This document shows, one piece after another, positions 1 through 9,452 of a stretch of DNA of 28,363 nt. This stretch comes from Octopus sinensis (Eukaryota): assembly GCF_006345805.1 (NCBI RefSeq), contig NW_021836535.1, positions 1 through 28,363 on the forward strand. The letters are read 5' to 3'. The notes beneath the pieces were generated by a model, which saw nothing but the letters and a program-made list of their open reading frames with translations, made no database searches and had not been told where the DNA came from. Both the position numbers and the translations under genes were made by a program. Every line of letters begins with the position of its first letter. Position 1 is the stretch's first letter.

Positions 1-114
1 AGAGAGAGAAAGCACATTTTGGTACATGTATGCATGTATGTATTTGTCTATGTGTGTGTGTGTGTGTATGTGTGTATGTGTGAGAGAGCACATGTGTACA
101 TGTATGTGTATAGA

Positions 115-1040
115 TGTGAGGTTAAGTCAAAAATTATTCGCACTTTCACCATAACATATCTTTATTATTATCACACCGCCTTCTCCACATGCATGCTTGT
201 GGCTGGTACTATTGTGGTCACATGATCGAAGTTTGACCCTGATCACACCATTTCTCTTTCTGGCTTTACAGTGTAAGCATGGCCGTTCCACTAGCAATGT
301 GCACCAAAGAAGGACAAAGAGCAGTGATCCGGTTTCTCTGGTCAGAAGATGTGTCAGACGTTGAAATTCATCAGAGGCTTTTAGCACAATACGAGGACAG
401 CGTATTACTGCGTAGAAGTGTGTATGAGTGGATCGAGAAGTTTAAAAGTGACCGGACAAGCATGATGTACGAAGAGGGGGCAGGACGACCATCAACCTCC
501 ACCACTGACGAAAAGATTCAGCAAGCTTGAGAGATGGTAATGCTGAACCGATTCACCTTTACCGTCTCTTGGATCACTGCTCTTTTGTTCTTCTTTGGTG
601 CACCTTGCTAGTGGAGTGGCCATGCTTACACTGTAAAGCCAGAAAGGAAAATGGTGTGATCAGGGTCAAACTTCGATCATGTGACCACAGTAGTATCAAC
701 TATAAGCACGTGTGCGCAGAAGGTAGTGTGACAATAATAAAAATATGAATGAAGGCGGCGAGCTGGCAGAAACGTTAGCATGCCGGGCGAAATGCGTAGC
801 TGTATTTCGTCAGTCGTTACGTTGTGAGTTCAAATTCTGCCGAGGTCGACTTTGCCTTTCATCCTTTCGGGGTCGATAAATAAAGTACCAGTTACGCACT
901 GGAGTCGATGTAATCGACTTAATCCGTTTGTCTGTCCTTGTTTGTCCCCCTCTATGTTTAGACCCTTGTGGGTAGTAAAGAAATAAATAATAAAAATATG
1001 TTATGGCGAAAGTGTGGATAATTTTTGACTTCCCCTCATA
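115..1040 (+). mobile_element. Mariner-derived fold-back (MITE-like) element with about 216-bp inverted arms and a truncated transposase N-terminus
   Basis: 115-330 is the reverse complement of 571-747 plus 1001-1040. The right end reads TA-TGAGGGGAAGTC in reverse complement, like mariner ends. ORF 279-530 (QRAVIRFLWSE...VYEWIEKFK...GRPST) is a Mos1-type paired HTH ending in a TGA that is probably a mutated CGA. Confidence 0.88.
748..985 (+). mobile_element. tRNA-derived SINE (octopus OK-like family) inserted in the mariner right arm
   Basis: A-box-like TGGCAGAAACG, B-box GTTCAAATTC and central GTCGACTTTGCCTTTCATCCTTTCGGGGTCGAT. Perfect 15-bp TSD AATAATAAAAATATG at 733-747 and 986-1000. Confidence 0.92.
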
Positions 1041-1156
1041 CATGTGTTTATGCAAGTAATTTCAAAGCTGATGGCTAGAACTTCCATCTCCTACACAAAT
1101 TATTCCAAGACAAAAACAAAGAAAATAAAAATAAAAAAGGAAGAATGGTACCTCAC

Positions 1157-1332
1157 CTGGTCTTTAGCGAAAATGGTTGTAGCTTTGTTAAGTAAGCAAC
1201 ACTGCAGGAGAACGGACGGTGCCTTTAAGTAGAGGAGGATATCGGAGGCATTGCTGTCCATGAAGGTGATGTTGGCGATGGCAGCAGAGGCCAGTAGGAA
1301 CACTTCATTGGATATGGCCGTGTGACAGAGAT
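1157..1332 (-). CDS. insc: Inscuteable exon G (176 nt, phase 1 to 0): LCHTAISNEVFLLASAAIANITFMDSNASDILLYLKAPSVLLQCCLLNKATTIFAKDQ
   Basis: Acceptor ttcttgcag|AT and donor CAG|GTGAGG. EVFLLASAAIANITF is nearly identical to human EVFLLASAALANITF, and the exon ends at the conserved DQ. Confidence 0.97.
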
Positions 1333-1473
1333 CTGCAAGAATGGGTCACAGAATAAGAAATCACAATGATGTTGAAGTAGTGTTGGTGGTAGTAGGAAGC
1401 GGTTGAAAAAATAGCATAGGTAGCAAAGTATTTGTTGAGGTAACGATGATAGTAATAAACAATGTCATTTTAA

Positions 1474-1790
1474 GGTGGGAGAATGTGGCCTTGTGGTTAG
1501 GGCTTTGCACTCATGATCATGAGAGTGTGGTTTCAATTCCTGGGCCGGGTGGTGCATTGTGTTCTTGAGCATAATGCTTCATCTCATGTAGCATCAACTG
1601 CAGAATTAGTTTGACACCTGACGTGTGGCACACCATGCACCTGTACAGGTAATGTTTGCTTTGATGAAGGGAGTGAGCTTTTGTGTGGCACATACAATAT
1701 GATCACAAGAAACAAATCATTTGTGCAAGTAGTTCAACAAGATATTGGTGGAACCCTCATCTGTTGTCTATGACACGAAAGACCACAAAC
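1474..1790 (+). mobile_element. Old tRNA-head CORE-type SINE (decayed)
   Basis: TGGCCTTGTGG A-box and GTTTCAATTCC B-box, then a CORE-like GCATTGTGTTCTTGAGCAT segment. The 3' end GGAACCCTCATC resembles the OR1-like tail. Confidence 0.6.
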
Positions 1791-2043
1791 CACCTTAAAA
1801 ATGGGCACAATCGATAATTACCCAGGAGTCACATGCATCAAAGGAGGCCTATGCACAATATCAATTGACATATGGTGGGAAAGATTAGTAACAAGAAGAG
1901 TTTTCAGCTTTAAAAAGACAATGCTTCAGTAATGTGTATTCCTTTAACCCATGTTAGCAATGAAAAACAGAAGCAAAGGAGCTATCATCCTCAGGGATGG
2001 TGGGCCCAGAAAAGTAATTGTTCAACTACTTAAATAACTTACT

Positions 2044-2430
2044 GTGGAGGTGCAATGGCCCAGTGGTTAGGGCAGCGGACTCGCGGTCATAGGATCGCCG
2101 TTTCGATTCCCAGACCGGGCGTTGTGAGTGTTTATTGAGCGAAAACACCTAAAGCTCCACGAGGCTCCGGCAGGGGATGGTGGTGATCCCTGCTGTACTC
2201 TTTCACCACAACTTTCTCTCACTCTTTCTTCCTGTTTCTGTTGTACCTGTATTTCAAAGGGTCGGCCTTGTCACTCTCTGTGTCACGCTGAATATCCCCG
2301 AGAACTACGTTAAGGGTACACGTGTCTGTGGAGTGCTCAGCCACTTGCACGCTAACTCCACGAGCAAGCTGTTCCGTTGATCGTATCAGCTGGGACCTTC
2401 ATCGTCGTAACCGACGGAGTGCTTCCATCC
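2044..2430 (+). mobile_element. tRNA-Arg-like SINE (OR1-like), full length
   Basis: Head TGGCCCAGTGGTTAGGGCAGCGGACTCGCGG...GTTTCGATTCCC. 12-bp TSD AAATAACTTACT at 2032-2043 and 2431-2442. Near-identical copy at 13646-14008. Confidence 0.92.
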
Positions 2431-2476
2431 AAATAACTTACTAATTAACTAGTTCAAATTAACGAGTGTTTCTCAC

Positions 2477-2648
2477 CTATTAAGGTCTTCAGTAAGTCGT
2501 TCATGTTGTCGATGAGTCCAACCATAGGTAAGTGATGTTCGTGGGCAGGTGACGTGGCCTGAGCAACTACTCCCGCGGCTTCCCCTCGCACCTCTTCACC
2601 CTGGGCTTTGTCTGATAAAATGTCTGTCAAACATTCCAGGCCACCTAC
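2477..2648 (-). CDS. insc: Inscuteable exon F (172 nt, phase 0 to 1): VGGLECLTDILSDKAQGEEVRGEAAGVVAQATSPAHEHHLPMVGLIDNMNDLLKTLI(D)
   Basis: Acceptor T-rich...tttgcag|GTA and donor G|GTGAGA. Matches human VDGVLCLADILTD...RAEAAAVVAQVTSP. Lies within track ORF 2454..2654. Confidence 0.96.
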
Positions 2649-2703
2649 CTGCAAATATATCAGAAAAGAAAAAAAAAACCATTAAGTTGTTTGTGAGTTT
2701 AAT

Positions 2704-3190
2704 TTAATCCTTTAAACACCAACCCATCTGAGACAAACCCTTGCATTAGGATACAAGCTTCTTCTCTTAAAGTGATTCAAATTAAAACCTTTCATCTAAA
2801 TTTCATGTTAATTTATGTCCTAGCTTAATAACGATAATTTATTTTAGTAAATTCTACATTATTTCCAAAATTAATTGAAACAAAGTATTTCAACAGAATA
2901 TGGTAACAAAAGGATTAAAGTAATCTTCCATCAAAATTCCATGTTAATTGGTGTTCCAAACACCAGCTTAATAACAATAAAGTTATTTTAGTAAATTCTA
3001 CATTATTTCCAAAATTAATTGAAACAAAACCAGTGTGTATTTCAACAGAATATGGTAACAAAAGGATTAAAGTTATCTTCCATTGAAATTCCATATTAAT
3101 TGATGTTCCAAACACCAGCTTAACAATAACAAAACTATTTTACCAAATCCTTTGTTATTTTCAAAATTCCTCGAAACAAAGGCAGTGGAT
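2704..3190. mobile_element. TTAA-flanked MITE (2704-2918) followed by tandem re-duplications of its terminal ~152 bp
   Basis: TTAATCCTTT at 2704 and AAAGGATTAA ending at 2918 form a perfect inverted pair including TTAA. AAAGGATTAA recurs ending at 3070 (period 152). A third partial unit runs to about 3190. Confidence 0.75.
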
Positions 3191-3195
3191 CTGTT

Positions 3196-3648
3196 TTAAC
3201 CATTCACCATTGGGCTTATTCTGTCGAAGGTAATCCTCATTTATTCACATTTCCAGAATTAATCAGGCATTGTCTTGCAGCTTTCGGATTTCAGTGAAGC
3301 AACAGTTAGTTTTTTACAATGATATTGTAGGGTGGATGTAAGGTGCCAGATCTGGCCTCTTGGAACATAAGCCAGGTAGAATATTTTGGCTGGATACGGC
3401 TGGCTTAACCCTATAGTGTTTGCATTATTCTGCCAAAATTAATCCTTTTTTATCCACATTGTTTTGAACTAATCATGCATTATCTTGTAGTTATGAGATT
3501 TTGATGAGGAAGCTGTTAATTTTTCAAACGATATTGTAGGGTTGGTGTGAGAGACCAGATCTGTCCAGTCTGAACATAAAACAGGCAGAATATTTTTGGC
3601 CGGATATGGCCAGTTTAAATGCTAAAGGGTTAAATGCTTAAGGGTTAA
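3196..3648. mobile_element. Two tandem piggyBac-like MITEs sharing a TTAA (3196-3408 and 3405-3633) plus a duplicated right TIR
   Basis: TTAACCCTATAG... at 3405 and ...AATGCTAAAGGGTTAA ending at 3633, repeated to 3648. The internal sequences of the two units and of 9749-9975 are clearly homologous. TTAA plus CCC/GGG ends is the piggyBac signature. Confidence 0.78.
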
Positions 3649-3853
3649 AAGAGATACACTAACAAAAGGGGTTAAATCTGATACCCTATTGTTTTGGCTG
3701 CCCATTATCTTAAGTAAAGGAATAAATACTAGATAGTATTGGTTAAATAATAATAGTTAGTAATATAGTTCTATATTTAAGAGATGAGGAATTATGCACA
3801 TTATTTACGTTATTTACATTCGACAGATATTTGTCTTCAGCTTGTTTGATGTT

Positions 3854-3897
3854 AACACGTTTCAGTTGATATAACTCTCCAGCCTTCATCAAGTGTC
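3854..3897 (-). ncRNA. Degenerate minimal type-I hammerhead ribozyme, sense to the Insc pre-mRNA
   Basis: Reverse complement reads GACAC-TTGATGA-A-GGCTG-loop-CAACT-GAAACGT-GTT. C3 is changed to U, stem II is weakened and there is a small deletion after the palindromic ACGT. Confidence 0.55.
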
Positions 3898-3945
3898 TTG
3901 GGGGAAATTCCAAACCTGGGTTCTCATTACTAAGCTATTTTTCAA

Positions 3946-3989
3946 TGTTGTTGTTATTGTTGTTATTATCATCATTATCATCATCATCA

Positions 3990-4054
<65 letters not shown>
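3946..4054. repeat. (GTT/ATC/ATT)n microsatellite
   Basis: Direct reading. Mirrors (AAT)n at 4102-4132. Confidence 0.95.
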
Positions 4055-4055
<1 letters not shown>

Positions 4056-4098
4056 GGGTCACTAACCCCAAGATTCCGAGTTCAATTCCAGGCAGTGA

Positions 4099-4133
<35 letters not shown>

Positions 4134-4182
4134 GCGAAAAAGTAACTTAGGATTGAGAACCCAGGTTCGAAATTACCCCCAA

Positions 4183-4228
4183 GACACCTGATGAAGACTG
4201 GAGGGTACATCAGCCAAGACGTTATGTT
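4183..4228 (+). ncRNA. Degenerate minimal type-I hammerhead ribozyme (Penelope-like)
   Basis: GACAC-CTGATGA-A-GACTG-loop-CAGCC-AAGACGT-T-ATGTT. The GAAA core is mutated to AAGA, so it is probably inactive. Confidence 0.6.
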
Positions 4229-4329
4229 AACAACAAACAAGGTGAGGACAAATATCCATCAAATGTAAATAATGTAAACAATGTAGTTAGTAATAGTCAA
4301 ATAAAAGCAGTTTTTAATGTCATCCTTAT

Positions 4330-4460
4330 TAAACGTGCGTTATCCATGCTGGCATGGGTTGGACGGTATGACAGCATGGCACTTTTACATGGCACTTCAT
4401 GGGCACTTTTATGTGACACCACATGGGCACAGTTATGTGGCACTGCAATAAGTGCTTTAC
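4330..4460 (-). mobile_element. Decayed RTE-type 3' end fragment
   Basis: CCATGCTGGCATGGGTTGGACGGT tail motif followed by GGCACTTTTA-type subrepeats, as in the other RTE 3'UTR copies. Confidence 0.6.
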
Positions 4461-4522
4461 ACAACCAGAATGGTAAACTAGTGACAGTTGTTAAAAATAA
4501 ATGTTTGGATGGCATCTGTTAC

Positions 4523-4648
4523 CTTTTCCAGTTCTTGTATACTTTCTGGAATACAACATATGGTAGAAATGGCTCTCAATGCCTGGGCTCGTACTTTTAG
4601 TAAGGTTTCCATATTACATATGTTAAATAAGGACTGCATCACACCTTC
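4523..4648 (-). CDS. insc: Inscuteable exon E (126 nt, phase 0 to 0): EGVMQSLFNICNMETLLKVRAQALRAISTICCIPESIQELEK
   Basis: Acceptor ttttatcgttgcag|GAA and donor AAG|GTAACA. Matches human EGGVVALFKVC...QALRTLASICCVEEGVHQLEK. Confidence 0.95.
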
Positions 4649-4743
4649 CTGCAACGATAAAACGGAGATATGTCACCTGTCTGACAAACATGCAATCACA
4701 CACAGGTAATTTCATTATGGTTCTGAGAATGATTCACCAGTAT

Positions 4744-5590
4744 GGAAGCCTCTATAAAGTCACTTGACTGCCTAGAAATAAAAAAAAAATGAAGGATGCA
4801 CTGGACAGTGTAGTCCTAGATAGACTGTGTCTGAATAAAAGATGCAGTGGTCACAACAAGGACGTCTTTGATGATGAATCTGTTGGACTAAGGCCAAGAA
4901 GAAGAAGTAGGAAAAAAGGAGGAGGAGGAGAAGAAGAAAAGTTGAAGAAGAAGAAGAAGAAGAAGAAGAAGAAGAAGAAGAAGAAGGAGGAGAGGAGGGA
5001 GAAGAAGATAGGGGGAATGAGGAGGAGGAGGAGAAGAAGAAGAAGAAGAAGAAGAAGAAGAAGAAGCAGGGAGGGAGGATAAGAAGAAGAAGAGAAAGGA
5101 GGAGGAGGAGAAAATGAAGACTAAGAACAACAACAACACAGTCAATGAAGGAGTCATTATGTGGGCAACTGATCAGCTAGAAATAGCAGCGAAATCTCCC
5201 TCAAGTCACACTACTATCTCAAAAAGTGAAGCATCTTAAGTAATGTAGTCCAAGGTGGACTATGTTTGACTAAAAGAGAAGATGGTCATGGCTAGTACAC
5301 CTTTGATGATATATCTGTTGGATCAGGCCTGACCTGGGGTTAAACAGCAATAACAACAACTTCAACAGCAACAGCAAAGTCAGTGAGAGTCACTATGTGG
5401 TCAACTGACTTGCTAAAAATAACAGCCAAATCTCTCTCAAATCATATACTACTGCCTTAGAAAGTGAAGGACACTGGGTAATGTGGTAGTAGAAGGACTA
5501 TGTCTGAATAAGAGAGGACGGTTATAGCTGGAGCAGTTTTGATGACATGTCTGTTGGATCAGGCCTGACCTAAGGTTAAACAATAGCAGT
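4744..5590 (+). mobile_element. Three tandem copies (4744-4895, 5147-5375, 5384-5590) of an unclassified headless repeat with CAA/GAA tails
   Basis: Shared motifs CTAGAAATAGCAG, TGTAGTCC and CTGTTGGATCAGGCCTGACCT..GGTTAAACA. Related pieces lie at 6530-6600 (-), 22640-22800 (-) and 27140-27350 (+). Confidence 0.65.
4896..5125 (+). repeat. (GAA)n/(GGA)n purine tract
   Basis: Direct reading. It accounts for the poly-K/poly-R ORF 4789..5082. Confidence 0.95.
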
Positions 5591-5719
5591 AGAGCTAATG
5601 AGAGATGGTCCTGGCTGGAACCAGAACTAACATGGAAATTAATAAGTACAACTATCAATAAGTAATGATTATTAAACTAATCCACACCCCGTCAAGATTT
5701 CTGTTTTGGTTTGAAAATC

Positions 5720-5930
5720 TTCTGGGTTAAATGGTTAAGGTCTCAAGTTCATGAACATAAAGTTGTAGGTTCAATTCCTGGACTGGGCAGTGCATTGTGT
5801 CCTTGATCAATGTACTTCATTTCTCATTGTTCCAGTTTACCCAGTTGTAAATGATTGCCAACCCATCGCTGGTGCGGCCCTCAACCTCACTCCAGGTGTC
5901 ACAAATTGGATACCATACAGGATCAAGGGT
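5720..5930 (+). mobile_element. Old tRNA-head CORE-type SINE (decayed)
   Basis: B-box GGTTCAATTCC, then GCATTGTGTCCTTGATCAA...CCAGTTTACCCAGTTGTAAATG, typical of the CORE domain. Confidence 0.65.
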
Positions 5931-5965
5931 TAGAGAAACCTAAACGGGTTTGGGTCTGTGCAATA

Positions 5966-6398
5966 CTCTTACTCTTTTTTCTCTTTTACTTGTTTCAGTC
6001 ATTTGACTGCGGCCATGCTGGAGCACCGCCTTTAATCGAGCAAATCGACCCCGGGACTTATTCTTTCTAAGCCCAGTACTTATTCTACATCGGTCTCTTT
6101 TTGTGCTGACCGCTAAGTGACGGGGACGTAGTAAACAAACCCAGCATCGTTGTCAAGCAATGCTAGGGGGACAAACACAGACACACAAACATATAACACA
6201 CAACACATTATATATATATACATTTATACGACACAGCCTTCTTTCAGTTTCCGTCTACCCGTCCTACCAAATCACTCACAGGCATTGGTCAGCCCGGGGC
6301 TAATAGCAGAAGACACTTGCCAAGATGCAACGCAGGGACTGAACCCGGAACCATGTGGTTGGTTAGCAAGCTGCTTACCACACAGCCACTCCTGCGCC
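5966..6398 (-). mobile_element. tRNA-head SINE with an internal (TA/CA) microsatellite
   Basis: Reverse complement starts GGCGCAGGAGTGGCTGTGTGG (A-box)...GGTTCAGTCCC (B-box) and ends in CAGTCAAATGACTGAAACAAGTAAAAGAG. Second copy at 8373-8778. Confidence 0.9.
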
Positions 6399-6751
6399 TA
6401 AAATGAATTGTGAAGGCATGGTGTATGCTATCAGGCCCCTCTAGCTTACAAGTGACAACTAAGGGTTGAAGCATGATTTTGTCTGTTTTAAGTAAAAAAG
6501 GGCCATGGAAGGGGGTCAGCAAAATTGGATCTTCTTGTTGTTTAACATCAGATCAGCTCTGATAAAGAATAGTCAAAAAGCATTCCAACTATGACCATCC
6601 CAGGAGTAAAAGTGAGTTAAAAGAGACAGAGAGGAGGGGGGTAAGATGCAAGTGGTAACGGTGGTGATGGTGATGGTGGTGGTGGTGGTGATGGTGATGG
6701 TAGTGGTGATGGTTGTGGTGGTGACTTGTTCAGTCAGAGAATCAGACTTAC

Positions 6752-6865
6752 CCGTACAAGGATGTAACACATGTGATCTCCCTCCATTCCAAGACTGATG
6801 ACATCACTAATGGCCAGCAACAGGTTTCGGACATCAGCGGTGAGTTCTAGACCAAATACTATAGT
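6752..6865 (-). CDS. insc: Inscuteable exon D (114 nt, phase 0 to 0): TIVFGLELTADVRNLLLAISDVISLGMEGDHMCYILVR
   Basis: Acceptor atttattttccacag|ACT and donor CGG|GTAAGT. 38 aa, the same length as the recalled human segment ALVRKIDASDN...SLTQEGAPLCRIIAK. Confidence 0.9.
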
Positions 6866-7104
6866 CTGTGGAAAATAAATAGACAGAGAGAGAGCGTGAG
6901 AGAGAGAGAGAGAGAAGAGAAGAGAAAGGAGAGAAGAGGTTAAAGAGAGTGGAAATGGCTACTAAAGTAAAGATAGACTAAGACAGACAGATATACGTAT
7001 ATTCAAAGATAGCCATAAACATCCACAAAGATATATACAATCAATTAATATGTGTGTGTGTGTGTGTGTGAGTGTGTGTGTGTGTGTGTGAGAGTGTGTG
7101 TGTG

Positions 7105-7138
<34 letters not shown>

Positions 7139-7198
7139 CAGCTGGAGAGGGTTGCAAGGGATGAACCTGTATGCAAGGGCAACCACACTTTTACTTAG

Positions 7199-7239
<41 letters not shown>

Positions 7240-7249
7240 ATATCACAAT

Positions 7250-7367
7250 GATCACCATGACCGACCAGGCTATCAGATGTTGCTACACATCACTGGTCAC
7301 AATGTGCTTCGCATTGTTTTAGCCTTGAAATAACGCCACCACCCCGCTGGCTAAGCGAGCAGGCCAA
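7250..7367 (-). mobile_element. Probable 3' tail fragment of another OR-related SINE
   Basis: CpG-richer segment bounded by (TA)n runs. The assignment rests on recalled octopus repeats, not on anything else in this window. Confidence 0.35.
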
Positions 7368-7478
7368 TATATATATATATATATAAAATATAGTAGAAAA
7401 AATAGCTATAACTCTTTGACTGCTATTTCTAATTCGGTATGTGGTAAGGCAATTCGTTGCTAAACCCTTTATTGCTTA

Positions 7479-7522
<44 letters not shown>

Positions 7523-7523
7523 C

Positions 7524-7830
7524 GTGGAGGCGCAATCGCCCAGTGGTTAGGGCAGCGGAATCATGGTCGAAGGATCACGTTTCGATTCCCAGATCAGGCG
7601 TTGTGTGTGTTTATTGAGTGAAAACACCCTAAAAGATCCACAAAGCTCCGGCAGCAAGGTGGTGGTGACCCCTGTTGTACTCTTTCACCACAACTTTCTC
7701 TCACTCTTTGTTCCTGTTTCTTGAGTAACATTATGATGGACTGGCGCCCCGTCTAGCTGGGGGGAACACACACGCCACAGAAACTGGGAAACCGGGCCCA
7801 TGAGCCTGGCTAGGCTTGAAAAGGGCGACG
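7524..7830 (+). mobile_element. tRNA-Arg-like SINE (OR2-like)
   Basis: Same head and core as 2044-2430 up to CACAACTTTCTCTCACTCTTT, then a different tail (...GAAACTGGGAAACCGGGCCCATGAGCC...). Confidence 0.85.
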
Positions 7831-7876
7831 TTTTATGCTTTATATATATATATACATACATATATATGTATATATA

Positions 7877-7937
<61 letters not shown>

Positions 7938-8121
7938 TACATATATATACACACACACACACGCATATATACACACATATGTACTTATGAGTGTGTGTGT
8001 GTGTTTGTGTGGGTAGTAAGTTGAGTTTAAGAAAACGGGTCCTTCGAAATAACTATGCACCTTCCTCTTAGTTGTAAACAGAAACTGACAAATTGAAATT
8101 CAGCCAGAAACAAGGACTCAC

Positions 8122-8236
8122 CTGTACCAGGAGTCCAAGAGCCAAGTCAACGAACCGACTGAATGACTCGCCCAAGTAAACCAGTTGGTTGATTAGGGGT
8201 ACCCTTGCTGTTTTACCTCTGGTGGACATGTACACA
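8122..8236 (-). CDS. insc: Inscuteable exon C (115 nt, phase 2 to 0): VYMSTRGKTARVPLINQLVYLGESFSRFVDLALGLLVQ
   Basis: Acceptor cccttctatttcag|T and donor CAG|GTGAGT. LGESFSRFVDLAL..LVQ matches human LGQHFGQLLELALTREVQ. Confidence 0.92.
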
Positions 8237-8372
8237 CTGAAATAGAAGGGATAGGATCAGGTTAAATAAGGGTCAACAATATTAAGTAGCAATAGTAAGA
8301 GTGATACAAGGATTCTGGAAGAGAGGGGTAAAGTAGAGAAAGAAACATAAACACACACACACACAATATATA

Positions 8373-8778
8373 CACTTTTACTCCTTTACTTGTTTTAGTC
8401 ATTTGACTGCGGCCATGCTGGAGCACCGCCTTTAATCGAGCAACTCAACCCCGGGACTTATTCTTTTGTAAGCCCAGTACTTATTCTATCGGTCCCTTTT
8501 GCCGAACCGCTAAGTGACGGGGACATAGACACACCAGCATCGGCTGTCAAGCAATGCTAGGGGGACAAACACAGACACACAAACACAGACACGCATACAT
8601 ATATATACATATATACGACGGGCTTCTTTCAGTTTCCGTCTACCAAATCCACTCACAAGGCTTTGGTCGGCCCGGGGCTATAGTAGAAGACACTTGCCCA
8701 AGGTGCCACGCAGTGGGACTGAACCCGGAACCATGTGGTTGGTGAACAAGCTACTTACCACACAGCCACACCTGCGCC
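8373..8778 (-). mobile_element. Second copy of the same SINE family as 5966-6398
   Basis: Collinear and highly similar to 5966-6398 across the whole length. Confidence 0.9.
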
Positions 8779-9240
8779 TATATATATATACTTGTGAGAA
8801 AATGTGGTATGTTCCTCTGAAATCATAACTGTAAGGAACGGGTATAAATGATAAGACACCTGATAAATGTAATAAAGAAAATAAAAGAAAAGTTAGCCCT
8901 CATCAGCTGTCTCACAAGGGATTATGGCAGTTTCATGCCTCAGACAGAACTGTATAATTTAGGTGGAGAGGTAACACCAACCATTGGATATGAGTGCTAG
9001 ATACAGTGAAGATGAGACCCCAAAACTAAAAAAACATGTAGTTGAATTTTAGCGATTGGAATGGAGAAAGTAGAAAGATATGAAATGGCTAAAACTTGCA
9101 TCCTGGACAGAGAAGGACTTACAGTAAAATTAAATATAACATGTTGATTACAATAAAAATAATTCATTTGAGCGCCCTACATACAATTAATGATTAGTGA
9201 AGTAGTACTTCTCCAGAGCTGGCAATATTTACTCTTAGTT

Positions 9241-9452
9241 AGTAAAAAGCACCAGTGCTGATGTCATATAAAAAGCACCCAGTACACTCTATGAAGGGGT
9301 TGGCATTAGGAAGGGCATTCTGGCATAGGAACCTTGTCAGAACAGATAATTGGGGCCTGGTGCAGCTCTCAGGTTTACCAGCTCCTGTCAAGTCATCTAA
9401 CCCATGCTGGCATGGGAAAACAGATATTACATGATGATGATGATGATGATGA
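9241..9452 (+). mobile_element. RTE-type retroelement 3' end with (GAT)n tail (older subfamily)
   Basis: TAAAAAGCACC subrepeats, GGTTGGCATTAGGAAGGGCAT, CCCATGCTGGCATGG, then (GAT)n. Confidence 0.8.

Larger units (their letters stand above)
3766..4283. mobile_element. Inverted composite of a SINE-like unit: B-box head, (AAT)n and a Penelope-type hammerhead-ribozyme tail
   Basis: 3799-3945 is roughly 80-85% identical by eye to the reverse complement of 4135-4283. A 12-bp direct repeat TAGTTAGTAATA flanks the whole (3754-3765 and 4284-4295). B-box GTTCAATTC at 4080-4088. Confidence 0.75.

Noticed and set aside
2044-2120. tRNA-like sequences here and at the other SINE heads
   Set aside because: They lack a complete cloverleaf and acceptor stem and run into SINE bodies with TSDs, so they are not tRNA genes.
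2128-2380. ORFs MFIERKHLKLHEAPAG... and MVVIPAVLF..., repeated at 13592-13961
   Set aside because: They lie entirely within OR1-like SINE copies, so they are SINE-derived pseudo-ORFs rather than a gene family.
7405-7480. Reverse complement TAGAAATAGCAGTCAAAGAG as a possible half-hammerhead
   Set aside because: It matches the CTAGAAATAGCAGCCAAA motif of the headless repeat equally well, and no CTGANGA is present.
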